Shown here piece by piece: positions 12,326-23,630 of a stretch of DNA of 33,786 nt (positions are counted from its first letter, which is position 1; each line of letters opens with the position of its first letter). The stretch covers positions 37,617,311 to 37,651,096 of the forward strand of contig NC_069003.1 of the NCBI RefSeq assembly GCF_001194135.2. Direction: 5' to 3'. A program made the position numbers and the translations under genes. The DNA comes from Octopus bimaculoides. Lineage: Eukaryota. The notes below the pieces were generated by a model. The model had not been told where the DNA came from, made no database searches, and worked only from the letters and a program-made list of their open reading frames with translations.

Positions 12326-12540
12326 AAGCGACGAGTTGGTAGAATCATTAGCACGACGGGCAAAATGCTTAGCGGCATTTCGTCCATCTTTACGTTCAGA
12401 GTTCAAATTCTGCCGAAGTCGACTTTGCCTCTCATTCTTCCGGTGTCGATAAAACAAACACCAGTCGAGCACTGGAGTCGACGAAAACGATTACCGCCTC
12501 TCACGAACTTGCTGGTCTTGTACCAAAATTTGAAACCAAT
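12326..12540 (+). mobile_element. tRNA-derived SINE family B
   Basis: gcgacgagttggtagaatcattagcacg (A-box-like), gagttcaaattc (B-box), gtcgactttgcc. Confidence 0.85.
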
Positions 12541-12607
12541 GTATGACTGGTATTCACTTTTCCAAACCTGGAGAAATTTTTAAAAAATAAAAAGAGAGAA
12601 ATCGAAT

Positions 12608-13660
12608 TGGCTCCGTACACGATAATCTCCACCTTACACGCTATACATAAGAAAGTGTAAATAGGATTCCTGGCAAGGGTGGGACATTGGTATATTTAGA
12701 CCAATCCAAAACCTTTGATAGGGCTGACCATCGGTATCTGGCGGTGGTCCTCGAGGCGACCGGTTTTGGCTCGACATTCCGCGGCTGAATCAACGCTTTA
12801 TATAACAACATCAAGTTGGTAGTTCAGGCGAACGGTTTTTTTACGGAGCCGTTCAATATCGAACGCTCGGTTTGTCAAGGTTGTCCATTCTCGCCCCTGC
12901 TGTATGTATTGGCTCTCGAACCACTACTGCGAAGATTGGAGGTGACGAGTGGAGACCCGCAAGATCAAGGGTATGGAAAGTCAGTTACAGCGTATGCTAC
13001 AATGTCACTATCATCGTATCCAGAGACCAGGACCTACAGAGGGTAGGTGACGCCCTAAAGTATTATGAAGCGGTAGCAGAAGCAAGAATTAACCGGGATA
13101 AGTCGGTCGGCTTGCAGCTCGGCACTTGGAGAGGCGAGTCAATGCCATTCAACAGCATCGTTGGACACTGGACAGGCGGTCCGGTGACAATGCTTGGAGT
13201 CTGGTTTAGTCCAGACCTCCAGATAGAGAAGAACTGGAGCGAGGTTACAGGAAGGGTGGCGTCCATAACTCAGACCTGGTCTGGGCGGAGGCTATCCCTG
13301 AAAGGAAGGTCGGAGGTGGAAAATGTGGTTAAAGATGCGCTGAGGCTGAGGTGTGTCTGGCTCTACCTGGAAGGTGAGCAGGTGTGGTCTCCGTTCGTTG
13401 ATGAGATATTTCCCAGGTTCACCTCTTTTGGTGAACTGGAATGTTGGATCAAGCGTAGACCAAGGCTGGGAGTTGGCTCTTTTACCGTCATACCTTGGCA
13501 AAGGAACCACAAAAATCGCAATAGAAGGGTATCCGCCTGAAATTAGATCGGCGTGGCCTCTGGCAGTCGCTTGCTCCAATATCAAGGAGGAGGTGACACT
13601 GTTGGAGTTCAAGGAGAAAAAAGTGTTAGCGTCGATTTTGATAAGAGCCAAAATGATAGG
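12608..13660 (+). mobile_element. Tx1/L1-clade LINE reverse transcriptase fragment
   Basis: DNLHLTRY, LDQSKTFDRADH, SVCQGCPFSPLLYVLALEP, AYA(DD) broken by a frameshift, INRDKS, LGVWF and RLSLKGR. Confidence 0.88.
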
Positions 13661-15497
13661 AAAATAAAAGGCACGTCTTAGAGTTTCAAAAAACTTAATT
13701 ATCAGAAAAGGTTCAAAATTTAATTTTATTGATTTAGAGTAGGGAACAAACAGGCATACTCCACATTGTACAGTAGTGGAAAAACAAATAAATTGAAGGT
13801 CTTTAATTGAAACAGTCTCTTAAACGAGTAGCACAATTAAAATGTTATACAGCAAAAGGTCATGAACGATTGCAGATTTCTGAAACTAGGTCTTTATCTC
13901 AGAAAGCGCGATTGACTTTTAGAGATAATTGCATTTCTAAATTCATTGGTGTTAAGTATTGCCGAAAATCATTAAAAGCGTAACCTGCCGATCTGAAGAA
14001 ACGTTCCAAGATGTTGGACGATGGTAACAAAAATCTACAGTTCAAATATTGCTGAGGTGAAATTTTATCTTTTTTCAAACAAACTGAAGCAAAAATCATC
14101 TTCTGCAGGTAAATTAGACTGTTGTGATGTGTCTGTCACTACTTTCAGCTGATGTAGAGCAGCCACTTCATCCACAGTTAGCTCTGCTTCTGCATGTTGT
14201 AAAATTTTCACAACTCTACTTTCAAAAATTTGGGCTGTGCGCATTGGCTGCTGATAGAAGCAAATATTTTTAAAACTCCTCGTAAGGATACTATGCGGGA
14301 ATTTCGTCAAAAAGAATTCGAGCTTCTCCCAAATCTATTCCTGTTCTTTGCAAGGCGGCTGTTACTGAGCGTAATTTTCCTAAATTGCTTTTTAAAGTCT
14401 GCAGATCATTATGATCGCGTGAAGTCAACAGATAATCAAATAGCTTTGGATCGCCTTGAACAGAGTCTAAAAACGACTGGAGTTGGATGTACCGCTCAAT
14501 CATAAGTACTGGACCAACGGGTTTTATTTCTTTGTAAAGGTTTGCAAAGGCGTTTTTTTCCTGAAGTTTACCCGCAAGTTTTAATGATTTTGTCTGGCCC
14601 ATCAACGTATTAACTTTATCAAGCAGAACTTCCTGCTTGTCGAGGTAAGCAGAAACAGCTAGATAAAATTTATGAGAGGCACATCCAATCAATGGTATTC
14701 TACACAAATTCGCTATAGATTTGTTCTTTTTAGTATTATTTCCAGTAATAGCTACATTTTCTAAATTTTTGTTATAGACACTTAACACATTCTCTATGAA
14801 TTCGACATAACCAGAAGCAGTGAATAATGCTTCACCTACCATTGGCAAAAATGCCAGCAAAACAGTACAATAGTCATTTTGATAATTGAACGAATAAGAT
14901 GCAAGCAGTCCAATGAAATGTGTTGGTCCCTTAGTCCAACCGTCGATTACCAACGAAAATTTACTTAGAAATTCATCAGACATTTTCTTTTCCACTTCTT
15001 GAATAAGTTTCTCCATGTGTTTCTTTAAGGTCACATTTGTCATACTTCCCAAGTTTGTGGACTTACGAAGCCAGTGGGTCTTCAATAAAAGAAAACGGTT
15101 TTAAACCAATACACACCCACTCAATCCAACCATAAACATTTAAGACCGAGCGACTGACCTAACTACTTCTTGGTGAAAGAAAACTCGATTAAGATGGTTG
15201 TCGAGTTGCTTGTATGGTAGAATACCCTGGATGCTGCTTTTTATGTGATTTATAAGATTTGTCCATCCATTTCCTTTTTTCTGGGTCAACTTTTCCCACA
15301 CTTGCATTTTCATACATGCTCACTGTCTATTTGCTTAAAATATTTTCTGACGATTTGCTCGTTTTTCCGCGCCATGGGTTAGTTTAAAATAGAAGATATT
15401 TCGCCACTCCACTGATGAAAGTCTGATTCAGTTAATATGTTGGGGCGGAATTCAAGATACAACTACGTTGCAGGCGAAGTTACGATTTAATTTGAAA

Positions 15498-15704
15498 ACA
15501 GAATGTGTGAATCATTCTAGGCAGTCAGAACTAATAATCATTCGACAGCGATTATTTGACAACATACACAATAACCGATAGCCAAGCATCATAGAATGTG
15601 TATCATTCTCAATAGCCCGAATCAAGCATCGACACTTGACAACATACACAATAATCAAATCCAAAGCACAACAGAATATATGAATCATTCTCAGCAGTCA
15701 GAAC
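15498..15704. repeat. degenerate ~80-90 bp tandem repeat (about 2.5 units) upstream of the hAT ATG
   Basis: gaatcattct..gcagtcagaac at 15498 and 15671; ttgacaacatacacaataa at 15556 and 15636. Confidence 0.8.
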
Positions 15705-15734
15705 AAAGCGTGAACACAATACCTCAAATAATCC

Positions 15735-15918
15735 TTTCTACTGGAAGCACAAGGCCTCCGATTAAGGGGAAGGGATTAAGTCGATTACATCGACCTGAAT
15801 GCGTAACTGGTGATTATTAAGTCGACCCCGTCGGAATTTGAACTCAGAACGTAATGACAGACGAAATACCGCTAAGCTTTTCGCCCAGCGTGCTAACTAT
15901 TCTGTCTTTTCGCCGCCT
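15735..15918 (-). mobile_element. SINE family B
   Basis: gattaagtcgattacatcgacc..gaatttgaactcagaacgt..gaaataccgctaagc..cgccgcc. Confidence 0.85.
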
Positions 15919-16119
15919 ATAATACATCAAGTAATAATAGAGCACTGTATTTGCCAATTGTACGTAGAATGGAGTATAAGCCATTTGAAAAACTTTCGCT
16001 GACAATGTTGCAATTAACTGCAATTAATCGATATGATAGCAATCAATTATGTAAACGGCAGTACGACTCTAATCAATTAATTGGACCAATATATTGCAAT
16101 TAATTTTTACAACCTCTGT

Positions 16120-16330
16120 TTCGAACGTGTCAAACGCCACAGGTTGGAAGAGATAGTTCACTGTCGAGTTCCGATACTTCAGGGTTTTGTTCCGTTCGGC
16201 TACGGAATCAGTGACCTTCTGATTTACTGCAGTATCCAGGATGTGGGAGGGAGCAAAAGAGTCGCAGACTGTGACATCCCCAATGCGGCACCTACCTCTA
16301 ACCCTGAGAGGGGGCAGAGGTTCTCCGGTA
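16120..16330 (-). mobile_element. CRE-like non-LTR retrotransposon, restriction-like endonuclease fragment
   Basis: The minus frame reads RGRCRIGDVTVCDSFAPSHILDT..VAERNKTLKYRNSTVNYLFQPVAFDTF, fitting the WDVTVxD..AE..K..KY..F.P.A.ET.G pattern. Confidence 0.75.
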
Positions 16331-16788
16331 ATTTGCTTTCGTTTAAATAAATATCGGAATGTTTAAAGACATCTTATAAAATGACAATGTTCTAGAAGAA
16401 AAAAAAATTGTAATGCAAAGAACTAATATTTAGCGCGCTTATAACTTGATGAAGTTCCGCGCTGAATATCGTTCAAGAAAGAACAAGATTCAATGTGAAA
16501 AGACATTTGCAAGTTTTAGAGAGTTACCCTGGCCAAGGGGAACTACTCTCGACTCGCTGGTTTTGTTTCGGCAACGTCAACCTCTTCTGATAAAAACATT
16601 AGATAAGGTCTTCTTTATCATCAGCTTACTCACACCATCATCATCATCATCATCATCTACTATTATATATACATACATATACATACATATATATATACAC
16701 ACACACATATGTGTGTAATTTTATTTAAACTTAAGATACTTAAGAACGACAGATATTTCGTTTATATTTGTTGAAACAATCGAACAAA

Positions 16789-16924
16789 ATGTCTTCTGAG
16801 ACGAAATCCAAGTCAGAATCGTCCAACTGTGTCAAAGCCCGGTCCATGTTACAGCAATGCCTGTCGGCGAGGTTGCTGGTCCAGCCGAAAACTGATGACA
16901 AAGATGCAGAATTTGTTGAAATAG
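16789..16924 (+). CDS. DTD2: DTD2/ATD (D-aminoacyl-tRNA deacylase 2, Animalia-type) coding exon 1
   Basis: MSSETKSKSESSNCVKARSMLQQCLSARLLVQPKTDDKDAEFVEI resembles human [29 protein letters not shown] (from memory). Phase-1 donor ATAG|GTAACT. Confidence 0.92.
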
Positions 16925-17707
16925 GTAACTACCACCCATTTATTGTATTTTATTGTTTAGCCTCATATCAGCGTTAATATAGCAGGGTTATGATGAAAGA
17001 TATTCCATCAAACCATGACCATCCCATCTATATCTGGGATTAACATAAATGAAGGTGGCCCTCTATATTTTTTTTAATAGTAAGGATATTGAAAGAGATT
17101 TGACTGCTGTTTCTAGCAAGCTGAACAAACAGGCTCACGCACACATACACTTGGTTGTCGTTTTTTTCTTTTGGTGGTTGTTTATTAGAGAATCTCTTGA
17201 TTCCATTATTAAGAAATCAAAGAACAAAATCAGAAGAAACTAGCTGTGGCCTATGTAAAAAAATATTTTTTGGAAAAAGCAAAAAAAAAAAAACCCCAAT
17301 TTCTCTCAAACGAAGGGTCAGTCCTATATTGTTAGATTGCTATTCTACAGACTTAGTCAAACTCTGAATTTTCATTCCATTGCAAAGTGTTTTCTTTCCT
17401 TGCTACATCTGTTAAAAATCTTTGTCGTTAGTTTAACTTCTCGTTTATTTTTTTCTTGCTATTGTTTTATTTTCTTCAGTTTCTCTGAAACTAAAATATT
17501 ATCTGGACACCTGAGCCGAGCCTCATATGATCAAAATTAAGCTGCCAGCGGTTCCTAATGTATTTTATCAAGGAACCCTTACATAATTTTAATAAGACTT
17601 TAAAAGAATTAATTATTAACTAAAAAAAAACTTCCAAAAACTATATAAAACAAGGGAAGCCTTCGACTGTTTCTGTAAACACAGGGTGTGCGTATTATTT
17701 ACCTTTG

Positions 17708-17708
<1 letters not shown>

Positions 17709-17760
<52 letters not shown>
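17709..17760. repeat. (TA)n microsatellite in DTD2 intron; a (CA)n(TA)n run is at about 18830-18890
   Basis: Direct reading. Confidence 0.95.
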
Positions 17761-17767
<7 letters not shown>

Positions 17768-18379
17768 TATTATTTATAACTTTATATACTCCGAGTTCCA
17801 CGATTAAAAACAGTTATTTTCACAACCCCCTTAGAGAAGTACTTTGCTAAGTTAAAAACGAATAGAAGGCTCTTTACAGTTTCGATTATTTAAGGAAACT
17901 TCCTTTCACTTTGTTGCTAAATCTATCGATGTTACAGTGAAGTAAATCGGAACAATAAACTTATTAGAAATAGAAAAATCTCCCTCGGAGATTGACTATG
18001 TTGGGCATGGCTAGAATACTTTTTGAGCAAAATTCAAGTCACTTTTTCTGTTGGTAAATGTCCTTGCTTCACAAGAGCTAAAGTGTCATTGACCTGTAAA
18101 GATGGGAGAGTCACAGTTTCAATTATAGGTCTTGCTCAGAGTTGACTTAGAACTAAAGTACTCTATCAACATTATATGAACTAAAGACTGACGTTTTTAA
18201 GTGGCCACTCAATCTGGTAGAAATAGCCATCAGGTCTCCCTCAGATCACAACTTACTATCTTAATCAAGGAGTGATACATTAGATATTGTAAGTATAGAT
18301 AGCTGTGGAGACACTGTGAAAATAAGATGGCATGGTTGCAGTTGGATTACTTTTTATCATAAGTAAGATCAGGTTAAAC

Positions 18380-18520
18380 TTAGTGGATTGCAAAATTTAA
18401 AGCTGGAGAGTTTAGCTTGGAAGATGACAGTTGCAGTGGAAGTCCCTCACAAACTATCAGAAAGGAATTGCTTGAACCAGTATTCTGTTTGTGATATGCT
18501 TTTTAAACGGAATGAAAGCA

Positions 18521-18554
<34 letters not shown>

Positions 18555-18748
18555 AAACAACTTTTGACTAAAGATAAAAAATGGATTGTGTACGAAAACG
18601 TAGTGCGCAAAATATCTTGGAATTTGCATAAGGATCCCCCAAACAGCAACCAAAGATGGATATCCATGGGATCATAAAAGCATTATTTATTATGAGCTTC
18701 TCCCACAAAACCAGACCTTTAATTTTAATGTGTACTGTTGTCAGCTGG
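18380..18748 (+). mobile_element. internally deleted mariner relic in DTD2 intron
   Basis: WIAKFKAGEFSLEDDSCSG, LKQLLTKDKKWIVYENVVRK and WDHKSIIYYELLPQNQTFN..YC; interrupted by poly-T. Confidence 0.8.
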
Positions 18749-18830
18749 CTTATGTTTGTATGTGTAATATCTGTCTGTCTGTTTTTCTCTCTCTCTGCAT
18801 GTAGTTCTCCACTGCCAAATATGTATGTGT

Positions 18831-18894
<64 letters not shown>

Positions 18895-18959
18895 GTGTGT
18901 ATGTGTGTGTATAGCTAATCAAATTATGTCTGTTAATACATTTGTCTTTCTCTGTTCAG

Positions 18960-19342
18960 GTCGTGGCCTTATAGCATATGTGTGCTTCATGAAAGGATCC
19001 AATGAAGAATTGGTTGACCGCATGGTGAAATCAGTTCTAAATGTGAGACTGAGTGAAAACGAGGCTGGGAAGCTTGTGTCAATTATGGACCTTCCAGGAG
19101 ACGTGTTGATCATTCCACAAGCGACTCTGGGAGGAAGCATGAAAGGCAAATGTATGCAATACCACAAGAATATTGCCAAAGATGAAGGACAGTTGCTTTA
19201 CACTCGTTTTGTCAATATATGCCGGAACACAGTACAGAAGCAGAACCAAGAATGCACAGTTCAGAATGGTACTTATGGTAACCGGCAAGTTTTAAGCACT
19301 GTAACAAATGGACCATTCTCTCATTTTCTTGAATTTTCTTGA
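18960..19342 (+). CDS. DTD2: DTD2/ATD coding exon 2 to stop; spliced CDS 519 nt = 172 aa
   Basis: Acceptor tttgtctttctctgttcAG|GT restores G-RGLIAYVCFMKG. It contains IIPQATLGG, GTYGNRQ and TNGPFSHFLEF; the intron is 16925-18959. Confidence 0.96.
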
Positions 19343-19974
19343 TTAAAATTAATATTATTTGAAACCTGTAACATTATTGTTAATTTCTTTTTCTCACACA
19401 CTCCTTCTCTTCTACATTACTCCAACTGGGCCAGTGAGAGGGATGTGTCCTATATGGTGTTTCAATGTGGTAGAAGTAGCAACCAAAATCTCTCTTATAT
19501 CATCCACATCTTTAATCCTGTCACTCCATGTTCCCATTATAACAGGAATAGCTTAAACGCCATCTCTGCTAAATTCACAATAAAACAGTGGTGAAAAAGA
19601 AGATACAACTGATTCTGTCCATCAGTTTGCCTGCAATTGTTACTCTTGTGTTGTGTATGCACCTATTTATCTTTTTTGCTCAGGAGCTCCAGTGGAGGGT
19701 AAAATTAGACACAGGGGACCCTGGCCTGAGAAGGTTAAAAATGGAAAGACACATTGATGGTCATGGCTGGAACACTGCTCGACTCAGGCTATAAACATCA
19801 ACAACAATATCTACAGGCAACTCCAACTATGTCACTTGGCACCTCTACATGGTTGTTCAACCTGTTAGAAATTGCAGCAAAATCTCCTTCAAATCACACA
19901 TTACTGACATGGAGAATATCTTGGATTCTTTACACACACACACACACACACATTCAAACTAGATGTTCATGGCT

Positions 19975-20040
19975 GGAATGCCTTTGATCATGGGTTTACT
20001 TGATCTGGAATGGCCTGGGTTAAACTAAAACAATCACCAA
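19975..20040 (+). mobile_element. retroposon 3' tail; a reverse copy with (AAC)n tail is at about 32340-32490
   Basis: catggctggaatgcctttgatcat..ctgggttaaactaaaacaa resembles the reverse complement of gtttagcaccagatcag..gtgatcaaagatcttcca. Confidence 0.45.
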
Positions 20041-20171
20041 TAATTGCTTTCCCTTCTCAAAAACTGAGTCTTTCTAAAATCTCAGCCTAATGTCTTAAAT
20101 GAAGACAAAAAGACAGCCGAGAGGAAGGCCTTCAGTTTGAGGTTTAACCTGGAGCTAATAATTATTTCTAC

Positions 20172-20298
20172 TCTAGGCACAAGGCTTTGAAAATTTGGAG
20201 GGAAGGAGGCTAGTCGATTACATTGACCCTCAATGTGTAACTGATACTTATTTCATTGACCCCAAAAGAAGAAAGGCAAAGTCGACCTCGGGGGAATT
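20172..20298 (-). mobile_element. SINE family B 3' half
   Basis: ggcacaaggc..tagtcgattacattgaccc..ggcaaagtcgacctcggg. Confidence 0.7.
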
Positions 20299-21034
20299 AA
20301 CCTGGAGCTAATAATACTTCGATTCCGTTTCTTCCTCTGACATGACAGTAGTAGTAATAGTAGTAGTGATGGTGAATGAGATAGAGGGGGGGGGGTTCTA
20401 GAAACAAGGGAAGCTACTCTGTATTGTTGGCTGCTGCACTGTTTCAAATTCATAAAACACGAGGACTTTTTCCATCAAAATCAATTTTAAAATTAAGGGT
20501 TGCATATAATACATAGTCTATGGTTACAATGGGTTTTCCCACCTAATTTTATTAAGAAAAAAAAACTCATTTAATGAAACTATTTTTAGATTATTTTTCT
20601 CATTACATATATATCACATAAAATGGTATTGGATGACAGTAAATTCTACTTCTGTATCAGTTGCACATCAATACAACACACAGTGTTATAATATTTTTAG
20701 GTTTAAAAAATAGTTGTTATACATAATAGTATAATATACATGGACTTTTACTATATTTACAATAAGACTTGAAGACTAGTGAAATTAATCATATTGAGGG
20801 ACGAAACTGAAAGATTTGAAAGGAAGTTGTTTGGATGCAGCTGTTCAGATGCTGATGATCTGGCATGGCTGACTGGACTTTCAGCTTATTTTGGTGACTA
20901 CTTTTTGATGCTGTATGGAAACACAACACATACAAGTGTACAGAAATGTACAGATAGCAATAGTGAGGGAGAGATATTAGAATATATTAATTGAACTCAA
21001 TTGACATAAACACTTACCCTCTCCTCATATCTAT

Positions 21035-21465
21035 CTGTAGTTACTCTATCCATATTACAAGTTCAGGTTTACACCTATAATTATTGGGGCCCTGGAATAT
21101 GTAGCACACGGTCTAAATACCAATCTTGAGAAATTAGGCTTCCCAAAACCAGAAAGGAAAGATCTAATTTGAAGATTATATATCCAATCCATCACTGGAA
21201 CTGTAAAAATTTACCATGGGTTCATCATTTAAATATATATGAGCATGTCGAGATATGCAACTATATGCATGAGAATACATAAAGCAAAACATACAAATCT
21301 GTACATACATGCATGCATACATACATACATACATACATACATACATACATACATACCCTGTCGATGTTGAGATTCTAATGAAGGAGCCTTTGATCTTAGT
21401 TAGAAACCAGTTCTTTTTCTACTGGCAAGAAATCTTGAAATAAACTGAATAATGACATACATAAC
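21035..21465 (+). mobile_element. R4/Dong-clade LINE 3' end with 3' UTR and (CATA)n
   Basis: LYPYYKFRFTPIIIGALEYVAHGLNTNLEKLGF..RRLYIQSITGTVKI, the typical C-terminus after the RLE domain. Confidence 0.7.
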
Positions 21466-21712
21466 ATGTAGAATATGAGGGGTTAATTCACTGGTGATCT
21501 AAACGAATAGGTACCCGGTACCATGAGTAAGTGCTATAATTGGTCATCTGTTCAGTTCCAAGTTCACAACTGAGGCTGGAGCCAGGGATCCTTATTAGGC
21601 TTCCGAGTTAGCAGGTATATAATATATTAGAGGAAAAAGGACAACAAAAACCAAGGCAGGACAGGTATCTCAAGCCATTTAGAATATTTAATTAGGGTCA
21701 GGTGGATTTGAA

Positions 21713-21788
21713 GTCTTAAAGCTGTTTCTGAGATATCCCAAGTGATAGACTAGCATGTCCGTACACTGGTTATACCATCATCAGAGGC
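21713..21788 (-). ncRNA. degenerate minimal type I hammerhead ribozyme, probably from a Penelope-like pLTR
   Basis: Minus strand: gcct-CTGATGA-tggtata..tatctca-GAAA-c-agct-tta-agac. Stem II pairs 6/7 and stem I pairs 3/4. Confidence 0.5.
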
Positions 21789-22111
21789 AAGGTGAGTATG
21801 TATGAAAGATCTAGACAAGGAAATTCAGTTTATAAGGAATAAAATGGTAGATAGAAGAATAAAGAGTAAAACAGTAGATAGAGGAATATATATAACGTGT
21901 GTATACATATATATATATATATATATAAAGTAAATAACATGTATGGATATTCTTTATGAATATATATATATATATAAGGTTGAGGAGGGTATTGGATTTA
22001 ACCAAACCCAGGAGGATACAGGTAATACCGAGTAAGTGCTGTATACCGATTAGTTTGCCCCAGCCGTTGTATGAACAGGATTGGGGATTATAAGTCGTGT
22101 ATTAGCGTGTG

Positions 22112-22235
22112 TATATGTAAATATATAAAAACAAAAAGATAAAGAGAGCAAAGGTAAGGTTGAAGAATTTTATGGAAAATTCTTCAACCTTACCTTTGCT
22201 CTCTTTATCTTTTTGTTTTTATATATTTCCATATA
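22112..22235. repeat. near-perfect palindrome, 60-bp arms, 4-nt loop, one mismatch
   Basis: Arms 22112-22171 and 22176-22235 checked base by base; the mismatch is 22118/22229. Confidence 0.95.
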
Positions 22236-22240
22236 TATAT

Positions 22241-22650
22241 NNNNNNNNNNNNNNNNNNNNNNNNNNNNNNNNNNNNNNNNNNNNNNNNNNNNNNNNNNNN
22301 NNNNNNNNNNNNNNNNNNNNNNNNNNNNNNNNNNNNNNNNNNNNNNNNNNNNNNNNNNNNNNNNNNNNNNNNNNNNNNNNNNNNNNNNNNNNNNNNNNNN
22401 NNNNNNNNNNNNNNNNNNNNNNNNNNNNNNNNNNNNNNNNNNNNNNNNNNNNNNNNNNNNNNNNNNNNNNNNNNNNNNNNNNNNNNNNNNNNNNNNNNNN
22501 NNNNNNNNNNNNNNNNNNNNNNNNNNNNNNNNNNNNNNNNNNNNNNNNNNNNNNNNNNNNNNNNNNNNNNNNNNNNNNNNNNNNNNNNNNNNNNNNNNNN
22601 NNNNNNNNNNNNNNNNNNNNNNNNNNNNNNNNNNNNNNNNNNNNNNNNNN
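22241..22650. other. assembly gap (N)
   Basis: N run between (TA)n tracts. Confidence 1.
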
Positions 22651-23630
22651 ATATATATATATATATATATAATTAAGGGATCAGCAACATATGTTTATAA
22701 ATGTATAAGAACTTTTAAATAAGTTCTTCACCGATAGTGGTGTTTACATACCGAAGAGCTTGGTAAAAATTATTAATTATTAATTTATTAATAAATTAAT
22801 AATCCTTTACTCTTTTATATATGTTATGTGTATTCTATCTACTGTTTTACTCTTTACACACATACACACACATACACGTGTATGAGTATGTGTGCTGGCG
22901 GTGTGTGTGTGCGTGCGCGCGTTTATATGACTACGCGTGAAAATCTAATAGATTTCTGTCTCGCTTTATTTATTTATTTATTTATTTACTTACTTATATA
23001 CATATATTATAGTCACCTGACAAGCGCTGCCATATAGAGATAAGTCAGCAATTAAATACAAGTGTTTATATAAGTGGAGTAGACTATAAAATAAACAGTT
23101 GTCCCATTTTGACATAGTTGCTTGTGATATCTCACACAAAACGTCTAATGATCACAGCTTAACTGCAGCTAGGGGAGCACAACAAGTCTATTATCATACT
23201 TACTACATTAAGTTAGTATTTACATCAGTTACGTGGCAGCGTATGTATGGCAGGCTCTACACAGATATGCTGTTGTAGCTTCTCCTTGTTGAAAGCTGGC
23301 TGTTTTCAAATGAATGTTATGACAGCCTGCACATGTTATTGTTGTTGTTTTTAGTCATCACCCACCTCGTGTAAGTCCTAGTTCTTTAAAGCTGTTCCTG
23401 CTGTGATTATTTCCCTTCTTCTATTTATTTATTTTTTCCAGACATCGTGGTACATTATTTAAAAGTATCATTCCGCTTTTGCTCTCACTCTCTCTTTCTT
23501 CCCCCCTCCTCCCATCTTCTCCCACTCAGTAGTTGTTGATTGCTTTCGTATAAATGAGATTTCGCTGCTAAATTTGACAGTCCAGGCGCCTGCAAATGTT
23601 CAAAACTGTTCTGTCAGTAGGTTTTTGTGA

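Larger units (their letters stand above)
13679..16118 (-). mobile_element. hAT-superfamily transposon; disrupted transposase 15375 to 13899 (about 490 codons); outer limits tentative
   Basis: MARKNEQIVRKYF..*KCKCGK..GNGWTNLINHIKKQHP (BED-like finger), NVYGWIEWVC, VIDGWT, PSSNILERFF. Imperfect candidate TIRs tagagtttcaaaaaacttaatt / cagaggttgtaaaaattaatt; no 8-bp TSD seen. Confidence 0.8.

Noticed and set aside
2030-15330. Recurrent TGG to TGA/TAG stops in transposases as deaminase hypermutation
   Set aside because: Ascertainment bias: Trp codons at conserved motifs are the easiest changes to notice, and I have no consensus to test context.
20911-21075. 107-bp minus-strand intron with GTAAGT donor at 21017, giving a 21-aa micropeptide
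   Set aside because: The upstream 'exon' is mostly the antisense of the R4/Dong 3' end, and the peptide has no support.
22725-22765. Second hammerhead-like motif (ccgatagt-ggtg..tacc-gaag)
   Set aside because: Both catalytic boxes deviate from CUGANGA and GAAA.
23229-23333. CAGC-x20-CRAC zinc-finger-like peptide on the minus strand
   Set aside because: Bounded by stops, with no ATG or usable acceptor; likely chance.
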